Both the position numbers and the translations under genes were made by a program. A stretch of DNA of 63,076 nt, the filler included, from Choristocarpus tenellus KU-1152 (lineage: Eukaryota; Protista; Phaeophyceae), in the NCBI GenBank assembly GCA_964200185.2. It is 9 parts of 9 records of this genome, joined end to end, with 100 filler letters (N's around TTAATTAATTAA, not from the genome) between each part and the next. Parts side by side here need not be neighbours in the genome. Positions count along the whole stretch, not along the records: positions 39,545 to 49,299 come from CAXNAD020003422.1; positions 49,400 to 57,657 come from CAXNAD020004924.1; 7 more parts are not named here. One strand, 5' to 3'. The notes beneath the pieces were generated by a model, which saw nothing but the letters and a program-made list of their open reading frames with translations, ran no database searches and was not told where the DNA came from. Shown one piece after another: positions 39,606 through 51,389 of this stretch; the stretch's first letter is position 1, and the number at the start of each line of letters is the position of its first letter.

Positions 39606-41882
39606 ATTTATTTACCCCCCCCCCCCCCCCCCCCCCCTTCTTTACAGTAATTTAGGAGCGTGGGAAAACTATGTGTCACATGCCATATGCGATACCACAG
39701 GATATTTTTTACAGATGATAGCTAGACTGTTTTAGCACCTTATTAGAGAAATATGTCAAGTGTCTCAGCTATTCCTGCGGAAGTACGCGTCCCAAGTGCC
39801 ACTACATGAAAGGGAGGCAGTAAGATGCACCCTTTTTCCTGTGCTGTGCAGTAGGCAGAAGTAGAAGCTAATCTTGCGAAGCTGCCCTAATGAGGCTTCA
39901 TGTATGTACAGGGCGATACCTAGTGTAGAGTAAAAAAAAACAGTGCATGTCTGTGTCTGTGTGCGTCTGTGTGTCAGTATGCTGTCGTTTTCATGCATAT
40001 GCCAGTGCCAGTTACTCTTTGGGCACTATTTCTATTTCGGCTTGATGGCAGGAGCTGGTATTTTGTTACAAACTCAACCAACGCCTAACTCATAGGGTGA
40101 GGTGGTGCTCAACCTCACTGACTCTGACAGATCGCGTATATGCCTGGGCCAAATACGTGTGCCACCCTTGTGAATCGTTAACAACAGCACCTTGCGCCGA
40201 CTCTAGCCGCATCTTGTACATCCCGTTCTGTCATGTTTGCTCACTGTCTAGGATCTTGTGTGTTCTAAGTGCTTTCCGCAACTGTTTCGTAAGTGTGTGA
40301 TTACTTTGATAGGCAGATGATGGTATGAATGTGACGCATGCGGAATTGCAACTGCTGCAGAGAGTTGCAGAGATTGAACAGCAGAGCCTTGATATCACGT
40401 ATCGTCAGGTGCTCGGAGTCACATAATCATTGAACAAAATGTACACACCGGGTGTGATAGGAACGACTCCGCATGCAATTGACTCTGAAGCAACTTCTGT
40501 TGACTCTTTCTCCTTCACTCACCAAGGCTGCTCTTAATTCACCAAAACAAGAAGCTCTCACGTTTCTCTGCCGTACATGTGTACACTGTGAGCTGTCCAT
40601 GTCACTCCCTGAGTGGCTAATTTATCTTATTATTTTCCATCTTTGAACTGCACCGTTGTTGCGCCCAATGCTCTTCAAACTTTGGGTTTTGGGACCTGTT
40701 GGCTCACTCAGCCGAGATGATCTGTAAGGGCCTGCAAGTGAAGGTTTTTGGTCCACTTTTTCAGGGAAGTCTTAACAGGTGCCAAATTCTGCGGACAACC
40801 ACTGGGGAAGTGAGATGTCCAACATTTGGCCCCTATCCTTACACCAGGATCTGGCAATTCCCAATTTCGGGGATATGAGGTTCACCAGCTTCATGTTTTC
40901 GTAAATTATGTTCAGTCTCATTGAATCGTGGCATGCTGGACTAATTTGAAACATTCGTTCCCTGAAGTAGGTCTTGAACATCAGTTTATGCCATGCACTA
41001 AGAGTGTTACCTACCCTGAGGTTCACAGCCTTACAATACACTGAGTCCGCCATGCTCCACTCTACAGGTACCAACCAGACTATGATATGACCCCAAAATG
41101 TGAGCAATGCCAAGTTTGCGTTGTTTGCACCAAGAGGTCAAATTGACAGTATCGCCTCCGGAAGTGCTCATGCTTGTATCAGCAGTATGATGTAGGCAGG
41201 AACAGCTCACCCTGGCTTAGGTACTTTTCATTAACTGGTGACCTTCTGCTTCAACCAAAATAGCAACATCATTGAGCCATATAGGATTCACTTGGGTGAT
41301 GATGGGGTGGCTCCAGAATATCCCTGACAATGTGGGACCTTCAGCTGCTGTGCTATATTATACAGAATTGTAGAGTTGGTTGAGCTTTCAGTAGACACTG
41401 CTCCTGCAGGTATGATGCAATCAAGGCATAGAGTTTAGTGACTGTGACTTCCTGCTACAGCCTTCCACGGCATGATACACAAGCTGCTGGGGAGCAAGCA
41501 TTACATGCTGCTCTTCGTGGGGCAGCTTTATGCATTGTTTCAGGGGTTGATGCAGTACAACATCAGGAGATGAGGGTCGTTGAACAAAATATGGAGGCGT
41601 CCATGTACGAAGTGTGCACTTGGGACAAACCAAGGCAGTGTAGAAATGGCACAACAGCATAGACTTAGTATTGTATATTTTGATTTGAACAAAGAAAAAA
41701 AAGAGACAATGAGCATGGTATCCGATGGCAAATATTTAGAGATGAGGGGTGGGCAATGATGTAACTGGGTGTGCACTTGCAGTTCAATTCAGTCAGTTTA
41801 CTGCATGCAGGCATTTACATTTTGAAATCAGCTATACGCATACTCAGTAAATATTACTCCACAGTACATACTAGTGTTTTTC

Positions 41883-43128
41883 CAGGGCTCTAAACTGACC
41901 AGTATTAAGCAGGCTGGCCCTGGCCTGATGCTGTAAAAATACCTACCCCGGGCCGGCCTGCAACCTGGTACAGTCAAACTTTTTGGGGCCCAGCCCAGGT
42001 AAACAACATTTTATATGGGGCAGCTTTGAGTCAAAGTGAGAGGTATCCAGGTTTTGACCGTTTTGCATTTGAAGACTTTTTTTTGTAGTTCACCTATACG
42101 ATATTTCTATGGATAAGTTCTAAATTTGATTTGAGAACGTTTATTTCTCGACTGTGAAACTTCTCCGAAGCAACTCAAAAGATATCTTATGGAAATTTGT
42201 TTTTTTTTCAAGTCTAATTTTACACATGCTTTTCAGCATCCTTAGTCAAGAGTATTGTATTATCCAGACCGACCTTGTCAGTTAAGCGGGCTATGTTACG
42301 TTCTGTTATATTTTCTTCGAAGCATCTGTCATGCAAAATATTGCTATCATCTCGATATCATAGAGTTCCACACTCGTTAACATTGAAAAACCTTCGTGTA
42401 TTGCTTTCCTCTGAGTACTTTTTGATGACTAAATGCATATACGAAGTATATGCATGCACCAAAGAATGTTCTAGAGTGGGATAAAAATAGGAGTAGAGAA
42501 CATTCTGAAATAATATTTCTTGAACAAAATTTGTGAGGAGTAGAAACTTCTTGAATTGAATAGATGAGATGGTTAACAATGATACCTATTATTGGCAATA
42601 TGCATGAAATAATATTCGTATTAGTATGGTATATATGGATTTGTACTAATTTACCCAATTTCACAATAACAATTGAAGGATGGACGCCACCACGCACCTA
42701 CCCTCAATGCATAGTGCATAGCACATAACGGCTGTCACTTACTTAGCACACACTTCGCGATGATCAGGGGACCAAGTGATGACCAAAGTCCAAAGGAATA
42801 GAGTCTACAGATCAGTAGGCAATGAGAATCGCTGAGTTGCAAATCACCCAGTCCAGCCTGATCGACCTGAGCTTCGGCCCAGATAAGATTGAAACCCAGC
42901 CCTGTCCTTTTCAAAATATATCTTACCCTAACTGATTCGTGACCCAACCCCTTCATAGCCTTGAAAGGTCCTGGCTGGGCCCTTTCAAACATATTTTTAC
43001 TAAGTCACCTTACGGGCAACCCCACGAAAATTCCAACACGCCTGGTCCGACTCTTTCAGAAAACTTTCTTACCAATTCACCTCATGGTCCGGCCTTATCA
43101 CAGATACCTGGTCTAGTACAAAGCCCTG
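41883..43128. mobile_element. Non-autonomous hAT-like element with a nested MITE
   Basis: TIR CAGGGCTCTAAACTGACC / GGTCTAGTACAAAGCCCTG; GGCCC-rich subterminal motifs; the same terminus recurs at 29166. Confidence 0.65.
42028..42245 (+). mobile_element. MITE family B copy (3' truncated)
   Basis: gagtcaaagtgagaggtatccaggttttgacc... similar to 43240. Confidence 0.7.
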
Positions 43129-43239
43129 TATTTTAATTTTCCACCCGAGTCATATTTAAAACAAAGTAGGCTACTAGAGGATTTTCCTTCTCTTATTTAG
43201 TGCCAACTTGTGGACTCTTCTTAATCTTCTTCTTCTTCT

Positions 43240-43497
43240 GAGCCAAAGTAAACGAGAGGTAGCCAGTTTTTGGACGTTTTGCATTATAAGCCAGTTTCAT
43301 TATCTTTCGTTATTCACCCACCTTTATATGGATGAAGTGCAAAATTTGACCTGAGAGAGGGTTGATTTCTCTGTTATTTGAAACTTTTCGACACAACTCC
43401 GAAATATCCTACACGCTTATGTTCCAAAAAAAAATATGGACTTACTTTTTGACATCCCTAAAATATAACTCAGCGTGCCTCTCGTTTACTTTGACTC
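43240..43497 (+). mobile_element. MITE family B
   Basis: TIR GAGCCAAAGTAAACGAGAGG / CCTCTCGTTTACTTTGACTC; flanks TTCT and GTCT. Confidence 0.88.
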
Positions 43498-43724
43498 GTC
43501 TATGTTTTGAACTACCACACACTGTTCTGTGTATAGTTTATAATAATTGTATATTTTTTTGGAGATAATATATCGTCATATATACACTCTGTGAGTGCAG
43601 GGGAAAATATATAGCGACAGAGTACTCCACAGTCAAGCTTCACAAAAACAATGAAATGATTGCCATTAGTAGATAAGTTCGACGTTCATTCATGCATCCA
43701 TCCATCCACCTAAATATTTGCATT

Positions 43725-43982
43725 AAGCCAAAGTAAACGAGAGAAACCCAGCTTTTGGTCATTTTGCATTTTTATCCAGTCTTTCAATGTTTTTCCATTC
43801 GTATATATTTCTATGGATGAAGTGCTAAGTTTGTTTTGAGAGAGTTTATATGTCTGTTGTTTGAAAGATTTTGGCATAATTTGGAAAATACCCAACACAC
43901 TTTTGTAAAAATGCCGAATTTCGCACATATTTGCCGAGATCCTTAAAGTGTAACTCTGGGTACCTCTCGCTTACTTTGACTC
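43725..43982 (+). mobile_element. MITE family B
   Basis: aagccaaagtaaacgagag...cctctcgcttactttgactc. Confidence 0.85.
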
Positions 43983-44973
43983 ACTTCATAAATATTCTAA
44001 ACATAGGTATGACCATACATATAAATATATTTATCGAATATTTGCAGTTTCTACCAGCCTACACTGTTGCTGTACTACCAGTATGTTATCTGAATGCAGG
44101 ACTTGATATAAGTCGTACAAGTAAAAAAAGGTGTAAACTAACTGAGCACTCACCAATATTATTGAAGTATGGAAAACGATCGCAATAATGTTAGAGTGAT
44201 GTAATACAAAATGCTGGAGTATGTCGAATACTTACACGGATATTCTCTATCATCTGGAGGAGCATAGTAGAGTCCACGTTTGTTTTGGTGGGTTACCCCT
44301 TTTTCTTTTTTCTTTATGTTTTCATCTTTGAATGGGCAACCTGGCGGGTAGAAGGTTGAACATACATTCTATAAGTGAACATGCAGACAATACATGAGAA
44401 ATATTGGTCTTCACCTTGTTGGTAGTAGTTTGTTTTTTGAGGGTTTTACTAGTAATTCCTCAAACTACGTGCCCTATGATATGAATGTTTGATCGGTAAA
44501 ATAACTTGGTTGCGGACTGTCACTGTCATATTTGGATCCCTGCAAAGGGTTCCATTAGTGAAGATAACGGATGTTCTGCGTGATGCTAAGACGATTCAGA
44601 ACACAATATGATATTTTAAGAATAACACCCCAACGCAGCCATTAAACTGCCCTTCTTCTGGTGTGTGTAGGTATACTAAAAAACTATGAATTCGCATTTT
44701 TGTTGTGGTGTGCTTTCCTTCATTTGAAAATACAGTTGTTGATTACCCATAACCCTCAAGTGGTGTGGTAAGAAAAATAGTAGTACGAAATATGTATGAT
44801 ATACGGATGCACGTTCTTATTTCGCCCTTCACCCCTTCCTTGCTGCGAAGAGGTAAGCTGTACAAAAGTCTCTAGGAGGTTCATTTTTTCTGTCCGACCC
44901 ATCCATGGTGTTGTGGTACACAGATTGTGGGAGTTGGAAGCTCTTTCCAGTCCCATTTTTCACGATAAATCCA

Positions 44974-45203
44974 GAGCCAAAGTAAATGAGAGGTACCTAG
45001 GGTTTGGGTGTTTTGCATTTTAGGCCTGTAGTTCAATCTCTAGCGATTCACTCTTATTTCTATGGATGAAGTTCTAGGTTTGACTTGAGAGCGTTTATTT
45101 CTCTATTATTTAATATTTAAACCTTATTCGACATAATATTATGAAAAATATCCTACACGGGTTTGTAAAAAAATCGAATTTTGCACATATTAGTCAGCAT
45201 CTC
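44974..45203 (+). mobile_element. MITE family B copy (3' truncated)
   Basis: gagccaaagtaaatgagaggtacc... with the shared internal tatggatgaagt motif. Confidence 0.75.
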
Positions 45204-46640
45204 CAACTGTCACCGCCCCACACTCTGATTTCTTTTGTAGAGGAGGATATTTCTATAATCAGGAAGAATAAACTCAGTCAGTTAGATAACTGTTTTTTTG
45301 GCGCATGATGAAAAATAAATTCACACTTTGTTCCAAAACTGGTGGGGGGTTTTTAAAGGAATTACAACACATACATACAGACGTCATTCGTAAGCCTTAC
45401 TATTGTGTCTGTACATTCTCTGCCTTCTATTATTCTGTACTGTATTTTTCTATCCCTCTTTTTCCCATAATAATAGGAGGTCATGTTGATGATATCAACA
45501 ATATTGAATTCCAGCTAGTATTAGGTGCTAGTTAGTAGTGTGTTGTGCCTAGGTTTCTCTTCTTCTTGGCTGTTGTTCCTGTTATAGTATTCAAATTAGT
45601 AGGTAGGTACATTAGTTCTTCTGTCATCCCACAATTTTCATGTTTGCTATTTTTTAAGTATTTTTTTTGTTTCCCAAATATTGTCCTTTTCCTCTATCTT
45701 TAAAACCACATTTCTATACTAACGTAATGTTTAATAAAATACTTCGGTAAATAATAATGATGTTGATCAGACATGGTATGATCATGATGCGAACAAATTT
45801 GACTCTAATGAAGTTATCACTAAGTAAATAAACGATATGATTTTCACATTGTGATATATTATCAAAAATAAATTGATATCAATCATACTAGTAATAAATT
45901 GGGTTACTGCTATTATTATACTAATTTTTGTTGTACTATCAATAGTATTAAAATATATACTAAATATATTGTATTTGTATTGATACTGCTACTATACTAC
46001 GACTGTGGTACTACTTTTTGATCTACTCACTCAAATGTAATGCCACCCTCTTCCTGTAGAACAAGAGAGAAAAATCGTAAGGGGATCGCTTCGGTTGAAC
46101 ATCAAGATCAGAGAAAAATCGTGTCTCGCACACCAACTACCGTGCTCTACATATGGACATCCCTGACGGTATGTACTGAACCTCTTGGAGGGTTGACGAC
46201 AGGGTATTGCAAGACTGCCTCGGAGAATTGTCCGTAGGAAAGCGTCATAAATCCTAATTCAGTGTTGCGATTCACAACGCAAATCCCCCTTTTTTGAGCA
46301 GGGGCAATCTACGGTGATCTACGGAGACATAAACATGTGTTCATCTGCACCTTCAAGCACAATCTGAAACACTCACGCTGTCTCCCCCCTATTAGCTTCC
46401 TGAGAACTAGTGGGTCACACAATCTCTATCCCGCCATTTACTCCCGTCTCCATCACCCCCAGGTGTTAGTTAAGAAGACATTGTGCAAGCCACGCGTTGT
46501 CGTACGGGCAATCGGAAGGAACAGGAGATGGAGCCTTTGTAACTGCTGAAACAACAATGCGTGCACCTTGAATCAGAAATTCACCTTCATTGTAATGAGC
46601 ATACGAATGAAGGTGAGATCGGAGCGTCCCCCTTACTCAG

Positions 46641-48970
46641 GATCTAGTCCAGACCGTCAAGAAGATACACCTGCAGCTTGGGGTGCCTTGGTTGGGGTTG
46701 AGACACCCTCTGTGAGCGCGAGACGGGAGGTGGGAGGGCACCGTCGTAGTGTCGTCGCTCCAGGCATCGTTGTCTCCCCAATCTCTGCCCAGACCGACCC
46801 CAGCTCCGAGACGGACGAAGACGTCCCAACAGAGGATATCGCTGGAGAGGAAGGCGTAGGCGAATGGAAGCAGTGCGAGGTCCTGGGGCGTGGTGCACAT
46901 GGAGTCGTTTTTCGGGGGATATTGGCTACCACAGGAGAAAGCATTGCAGTCAAGCAAATCACAACCTGTGGGATGGGTGCAGCCGAGCTGCAGGTGTCAG
47001 TACCCATGCATGAAGTCTGCTTCCGAAACAATCTGGATATGGACTGTTGCTATCAATTTTTTTGAAGACTCCCCATCTCCCAGTGTTGCGTTCGTTCACT
47101 CTCGAGAAGTCTCCACACTTTAGACTCTTTTTGTGTATCCGATACTTACAACGAAGTTACATTTTGAGGTATGCTCTGGTGTTGTTGGACATGCCATGTT
47201 TTGGTAGTGTTGATGGGGGGATAGGCCTAGCAGCGTGCGACCTGTAAAGGATTCCACAGTGAGTGGGACATATACACCATACTATCATACAAACAGGGCA
47301 TGATAAAGTCGAACACTTCGGAAAGTTTGATCCTGGTGTTTTGCAGAGTGGTACTACGAAGGACTCCGATTTTCTCGACATGGTTTTTCCCCAGACACTC
47401 TAAGTTGTCTGGAGATTGCATACAGAATTCCACCCTATGTGTGACTGACTTTTGGGAAGAGGCTCTAACATGGCAGATGTGGAGAGAAGAAGAAGCGAAG
47501 TTTGAAGTATCCAAACATGTTCTAGTCTAATTTTAAACCCAACCTGATTTTATTGGGGGGGGGGGGGGGGGGGGACAACACCCCTCCCCCCAAAAAAAAA
47601 AAGAAAAAGATCGGGTGGGGGAGGCGCGTTTTTTCTCTTTTTTTTGGGGGGGGACTATCACCTCTGTCTCACACAATAATAGTAGCAAGACCTTTGGATG
47701 GTGCAGCTTGCTATTCCCTTTTTTGCCATTCTAAATTTATCTGATACAGATTATCATTTTGCCTGTAAGCTTATATTCTATTTCAAAACAAGGGAGACAT
47801 CACATAGGTGCACTTATCTATGTAAATTGGCAAACAACGAGACACACCACTGTTGCTCCCTCCCTAAATCACACAACTCCCTGAAACACACACTACTGTG
47901 GTTCCCGTCATTCCTGCCTGCAACCCTCATTTGCAATTGAACAGCATGGATGAGATGAAATGTGGTCTATATTTTCTTTCCTCCAATGCTAGCCCCCTCA
48001 TTCTCTTTTTTTTCTGTGCACTGTCCTGCTTAATGCTCGACATGCTTGGAAGGCGGTGAAGAATGAGGTCCGCATGGTGCGGAACCTGCAACACCCAAAT
48101 GTTGTTCGCTACCTGGGGGTTGAGCAGGTGAGGTGTGGTTGGCAAGGAAACCATTATGGTAGGCATGAGGGGGAGGAGGGATTCAAGGTGCAGGGATACA
48201 TCCATAATAGATTGAAGGGAGAATCCGGGTTTGCAGCGCTCCTTAGTCGACTCCTGTTTCATGTAAACGAAATAGTTAGGGAGAGTAGAGGATCTACAGT
48301 TGAAGGACAATTGGCATTGTACTTGGGCTCCCCCCACTACTTGAGCCTACTTGTTGGGACTGGCACAGGCAGAATTTATCCAAAATATCATGTAGCTGAA
48401 GTATCAATCTGTGGGCCTCATATGACAGTTCCTGACCCATTCATAGGTCTTACTGTATTTTGACTATCCATACATATTTAGAGTGAAAGTATCTTAGAGG
48501 GTACGATTTTTTCCCTGTTTGTTCATTTGGGGCTTGGCTTCCCACGGGTTTTAATGGCATTTTACCTACTCCAAAATGTTTCGGAGTAGGTAAAATGCAA
48601 AAGTTATGAAAAGGTGTGTCCAGAACAAGGGGCATTGACATCTCCTAACAAAAATTATAGCCAAAATTACATCCAAATTGCAACATTGGATTTTGGCTGC
48701 CAAATAGACGCGGCTCTATCCTAACCCTAAGATACTTTGACTCTTTATGTTCTTACTGCTCTTCGTCTTTGGACTCATGGGATGTATTTTTTGCCACAGG
48801 TTGGGAATCAGCTCAATCTATTTTTTGAGTATGTTGATGGGGGTAATTTACGCAAACGACTGGAACAAGCAGGGCCCATGACAGAGGAGAAAACTGCAGA
48901 GTATACCTTCCACATCCTTGCTGGTCTATGCTACCTCCACTCCAAGGACATTTCCCACAGGGACGTCAAG
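46641..48970 (+). CDS. Ser/Thr protein kinase, MAP3K/STE11-like; exons ~46641-46993, 48053-48127, 48800-48970 (continues beyond)
   Basis: WKQCEVLGRGAHGVVF..AVKQ|AVKNEVRMVRNLQHPNVVRYLG|LFFEYVDGG...HRDVK covers subdomains I-VIb; phase-0 GT-AG junctions. Confidence 0.93.
48481..48743 (+). mobile_element. MITE family A, TSD TTTA, inside a kinase intron
   Basis: Same TIR and internal sequence as 36116; TTTA on both sides. Confidence 0.93.
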
Positions 48971-49399
48971 GTGGGGAAGTTCGCAAGGATTCAAAATATC
49001 TTGCGTTTGTCTCTTGAATTTTGCAATTATAAAAAAAGGATCACTCACCAAGAACATTTTCCCAAACCCACCCCTCTTTTATATCCATCTGTGCATCCCC
49101 TGATGATGCACCAACCCTAACCCTTTATCACTCTTCGGTGGTAATTTGAAAAATATTTTTATAGTTGGATGATATCTATGAAAGACCAAGCCCTCATTCC
49201 ACCTTATTCCTTCAGGCCTCGCCAACCAGCCCTGTCCCTGGCTCCTACATTGTGTTGATTTTCTCCCCTTTGATGGGTCAAAGTATCTGGGGGGGGGGGN
49301 NNNNNNNNNNNNNNNNNNNNNNNNNNNNNNNNNNNNNNNNNNNTTAATTAATTAANNNNNNNNNNNNNNNNNNNNNNNNNNNNNNNNNNNNNNNNNNNN

Positions 49400-49472
49400 C
49401 TAAAATATAGTAAAAAAAAATCTTGCATCACATAAAATAAAAGAAAACATCAGGTTTTTTAATTTGCTGCTC
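49400..49472 (+). repeat. Second copy of the 5015-5087 repeat, followed by TTAA
   Basis: Direct sequence match. Confidence 0.8.
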
Positions 49473-49579
49473 TTAAAGGACGCACCATATCTGTGCATGT
49501 GACGTTTGTGAGTTTCATCTTATATGAGCCAAGCAAGGTAGTGCTGCTCTAGGAGCTGGGACAAGCCCTTCAGAGTTAA

Positions 49580-49720
49580 GTCCCGCGTTCTGGATCCGTG
49601 GGCATTTCCATCGGCAGGCGAGTGGGTTGTTGTTGAGGGAATGTTGGACATGGCAAAGATTGGGAGGGTGTGATGGGAATGGATATGTAAGAGGTCTGCG
49701 TGGTATCTACAGAAGGGAAT
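49580..49720 (-). pseudogene. Truncated 5' copy of the ParB-domain gene (ATG at 49651)
   Basis: Reverse complement aligns to 57758-57895; encodes MSNIPSTTTHSPADGNAHGSRTRD versus (K)SSIPSTTTHPPAEGAAHGSIMWD. Confidence 0.8.
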
Positions 49721-49725
49721 GAATT

Positions 49726-49762
49726 GAAATGAGGACTGCGGGATGGGAGGTGCTGTTTTATG
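49726..49762 (-). promoter_or_regulatory. Putative core promoter: CATAAAA about 25-30 nt upstream of a TCATTTC initiator-like motif
   Basis: Motifs and spacing are visible upstream of gccATG; function is inferred. Confidence 0.4.
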
Positions 49763-50031
49763 TCGTCTGGTCTGTCGATCCTCAAAACTCAGATTTCACA
49801 ATTTTTTTGAGAATTGTGTTACAAAAATACGAATATCAAACAGCATACGATTTCATATTGAACTGGGCCAGAGAGTATCTATATTCTTGTGACCTTTTCG
49901 TTCCGTATGTTTCAAACGTATTAGATCAATGAAGGATGAGGTTTGTATCTGTATTTGTTGGTGTAAAGATTAGAATATCATTCTAATTTTGTAAAAACCC
50001 TAACGCACGTGTTTTGGGTGTTCAACAGTAA

Positions 50032-50053
50032 TCAAGATTAGCGCTAATCTTGA
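50032..50053. repeat. Perfect 22-bp palindrome TCAAGATTAGCGCTAATCTTGA
   Basis: Directly visible. Confidence 0.9.
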
Positions 50054-51012
50054 ATACCATAGATCCGCTTTTTTGTGGTCTCTAGTGTTTATTTAAATAT
50101 CAAAGATGCCAAAAAGCGGATTTAGTATTTAAATAAATAGTGGGCACCAGTTAGAAAGCCTTCTTTTAGTTTCTGAAAATTGGAAACGTGTGAGACCCAT
50201 AAAGTGCGTTCTTGGTATTTTTAATAACCCTAAGAACGGTTTTTAGTGGATTTGCTATTTAGAAAAACACTAACGCACGTGTAAAGTGGATCTTTGGGTA
50301 TTCGTGCTTAGCGGTAATCACTCTTAACCAAAGAAGCACTTCTTATCGACTCCAAAGTTTATGACAATCGATATGTCCGATTTGGTAACATTTTGTACTT
50401 CAAATACGTAGAGGGTTAGAGTTGTTTATTGACGTCTTGGTTACTGTAAATTGGAAACATACAAGATCAATTAAGTATGTGATTGATATCTTGAAATTTT
50501 TCTTGTCTGGCATTGCCCCCTCATAATACATCATGCTCACTCTGCACTACTTGTACCTGATAGCACCAGGATGCAATAAAATCAGAGTTATTACATCCTC
50601 AGAAACCCTTCTCAGCCAAGGTGACAAGCCTTTCTCCACAGAGCATACATTTCTTCATTTGAGGGACTTAAGGAATGGTCACACTTTCACATCAACCATC
50701 ATCTGATTGAGCAAAACATGTCGTCAGATCTAACAAGACAAACTCACCGGTGCTTTGTTGCACTATGACACCCTTCGCCCCAAGCTAGACACAGCACAAC
50801 CAAGCACGACACATATCAAATTTATTTTATTTACACTTAGTATACGTAGTTTTCATATATTCGATTACAATACTAACTGTATACAATAAGAAGTACAGAT
50901 TAGTTAAATTAGTACTATATAAATATATAATATATAAAGTACTATAATAACAAATTAATTGTATATATATATATAATTAAATAATGTCAAAATAAAAACA
51001 ATTATCCTAAAT

Positions 51013-51127
51013 TGTGAGAGCCATCTTCCACAGAAGGTATACCCTGATGGTGACCTATCTTGAACACTATGATTTTCATATGACATGTGTTCTTATATGT
51101 TGAAGGTGACATCTGCTTGAAGTAAGA
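51013..51127 (+). repeat. 5' LTR (short or partly deleted) followed by PBS-like CGGTGGCAGGGG
   Basis: First ~52 nt match 57569 onward with 4 mismatches; the 3' boundary is approximate. Confidence 0.75.
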
Positions 51128-51135
51128 TTCGGTGG

Positions 51136-51389
51136 CAGGGGTTATTGTCTTCTGGGCCCCATCAATTTCTGCTATACTTTCTAGCTTTTGCCTCATCTAT
51201 CTTTCTCTGTCTTTCCTCTTCCGAAACTCGTACCGGTGCTCCTGGCATATCAACATAATCCTGACACCATGCCCAGTCATGGTTTTTGAATTTTTGTTTA
51301 CATTGGGGGTTTTCGTAGGTAATGCGATGTGACGAACGATTTTCCTGTTGACGTTTTACTCCTTGTTGGCGACCACGTGAAGAGGGCAT
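51136..51389 (-). repeat. Inverted copy of the gag 3' region (partner at 52428-52680)
   Basis: ~254-bp inverted repeat; about 14 substitutions and 1 indel by manual count. Confidence 0.95.

Noticed and set aside
40310-41662. Exon-like blocks (DDGMNVTHAELQLLQRVAEIEQQ; LHAALRGAALCIVSG)
   Set aside because: They cannot be joined into a consistent gene or assigned to a family.
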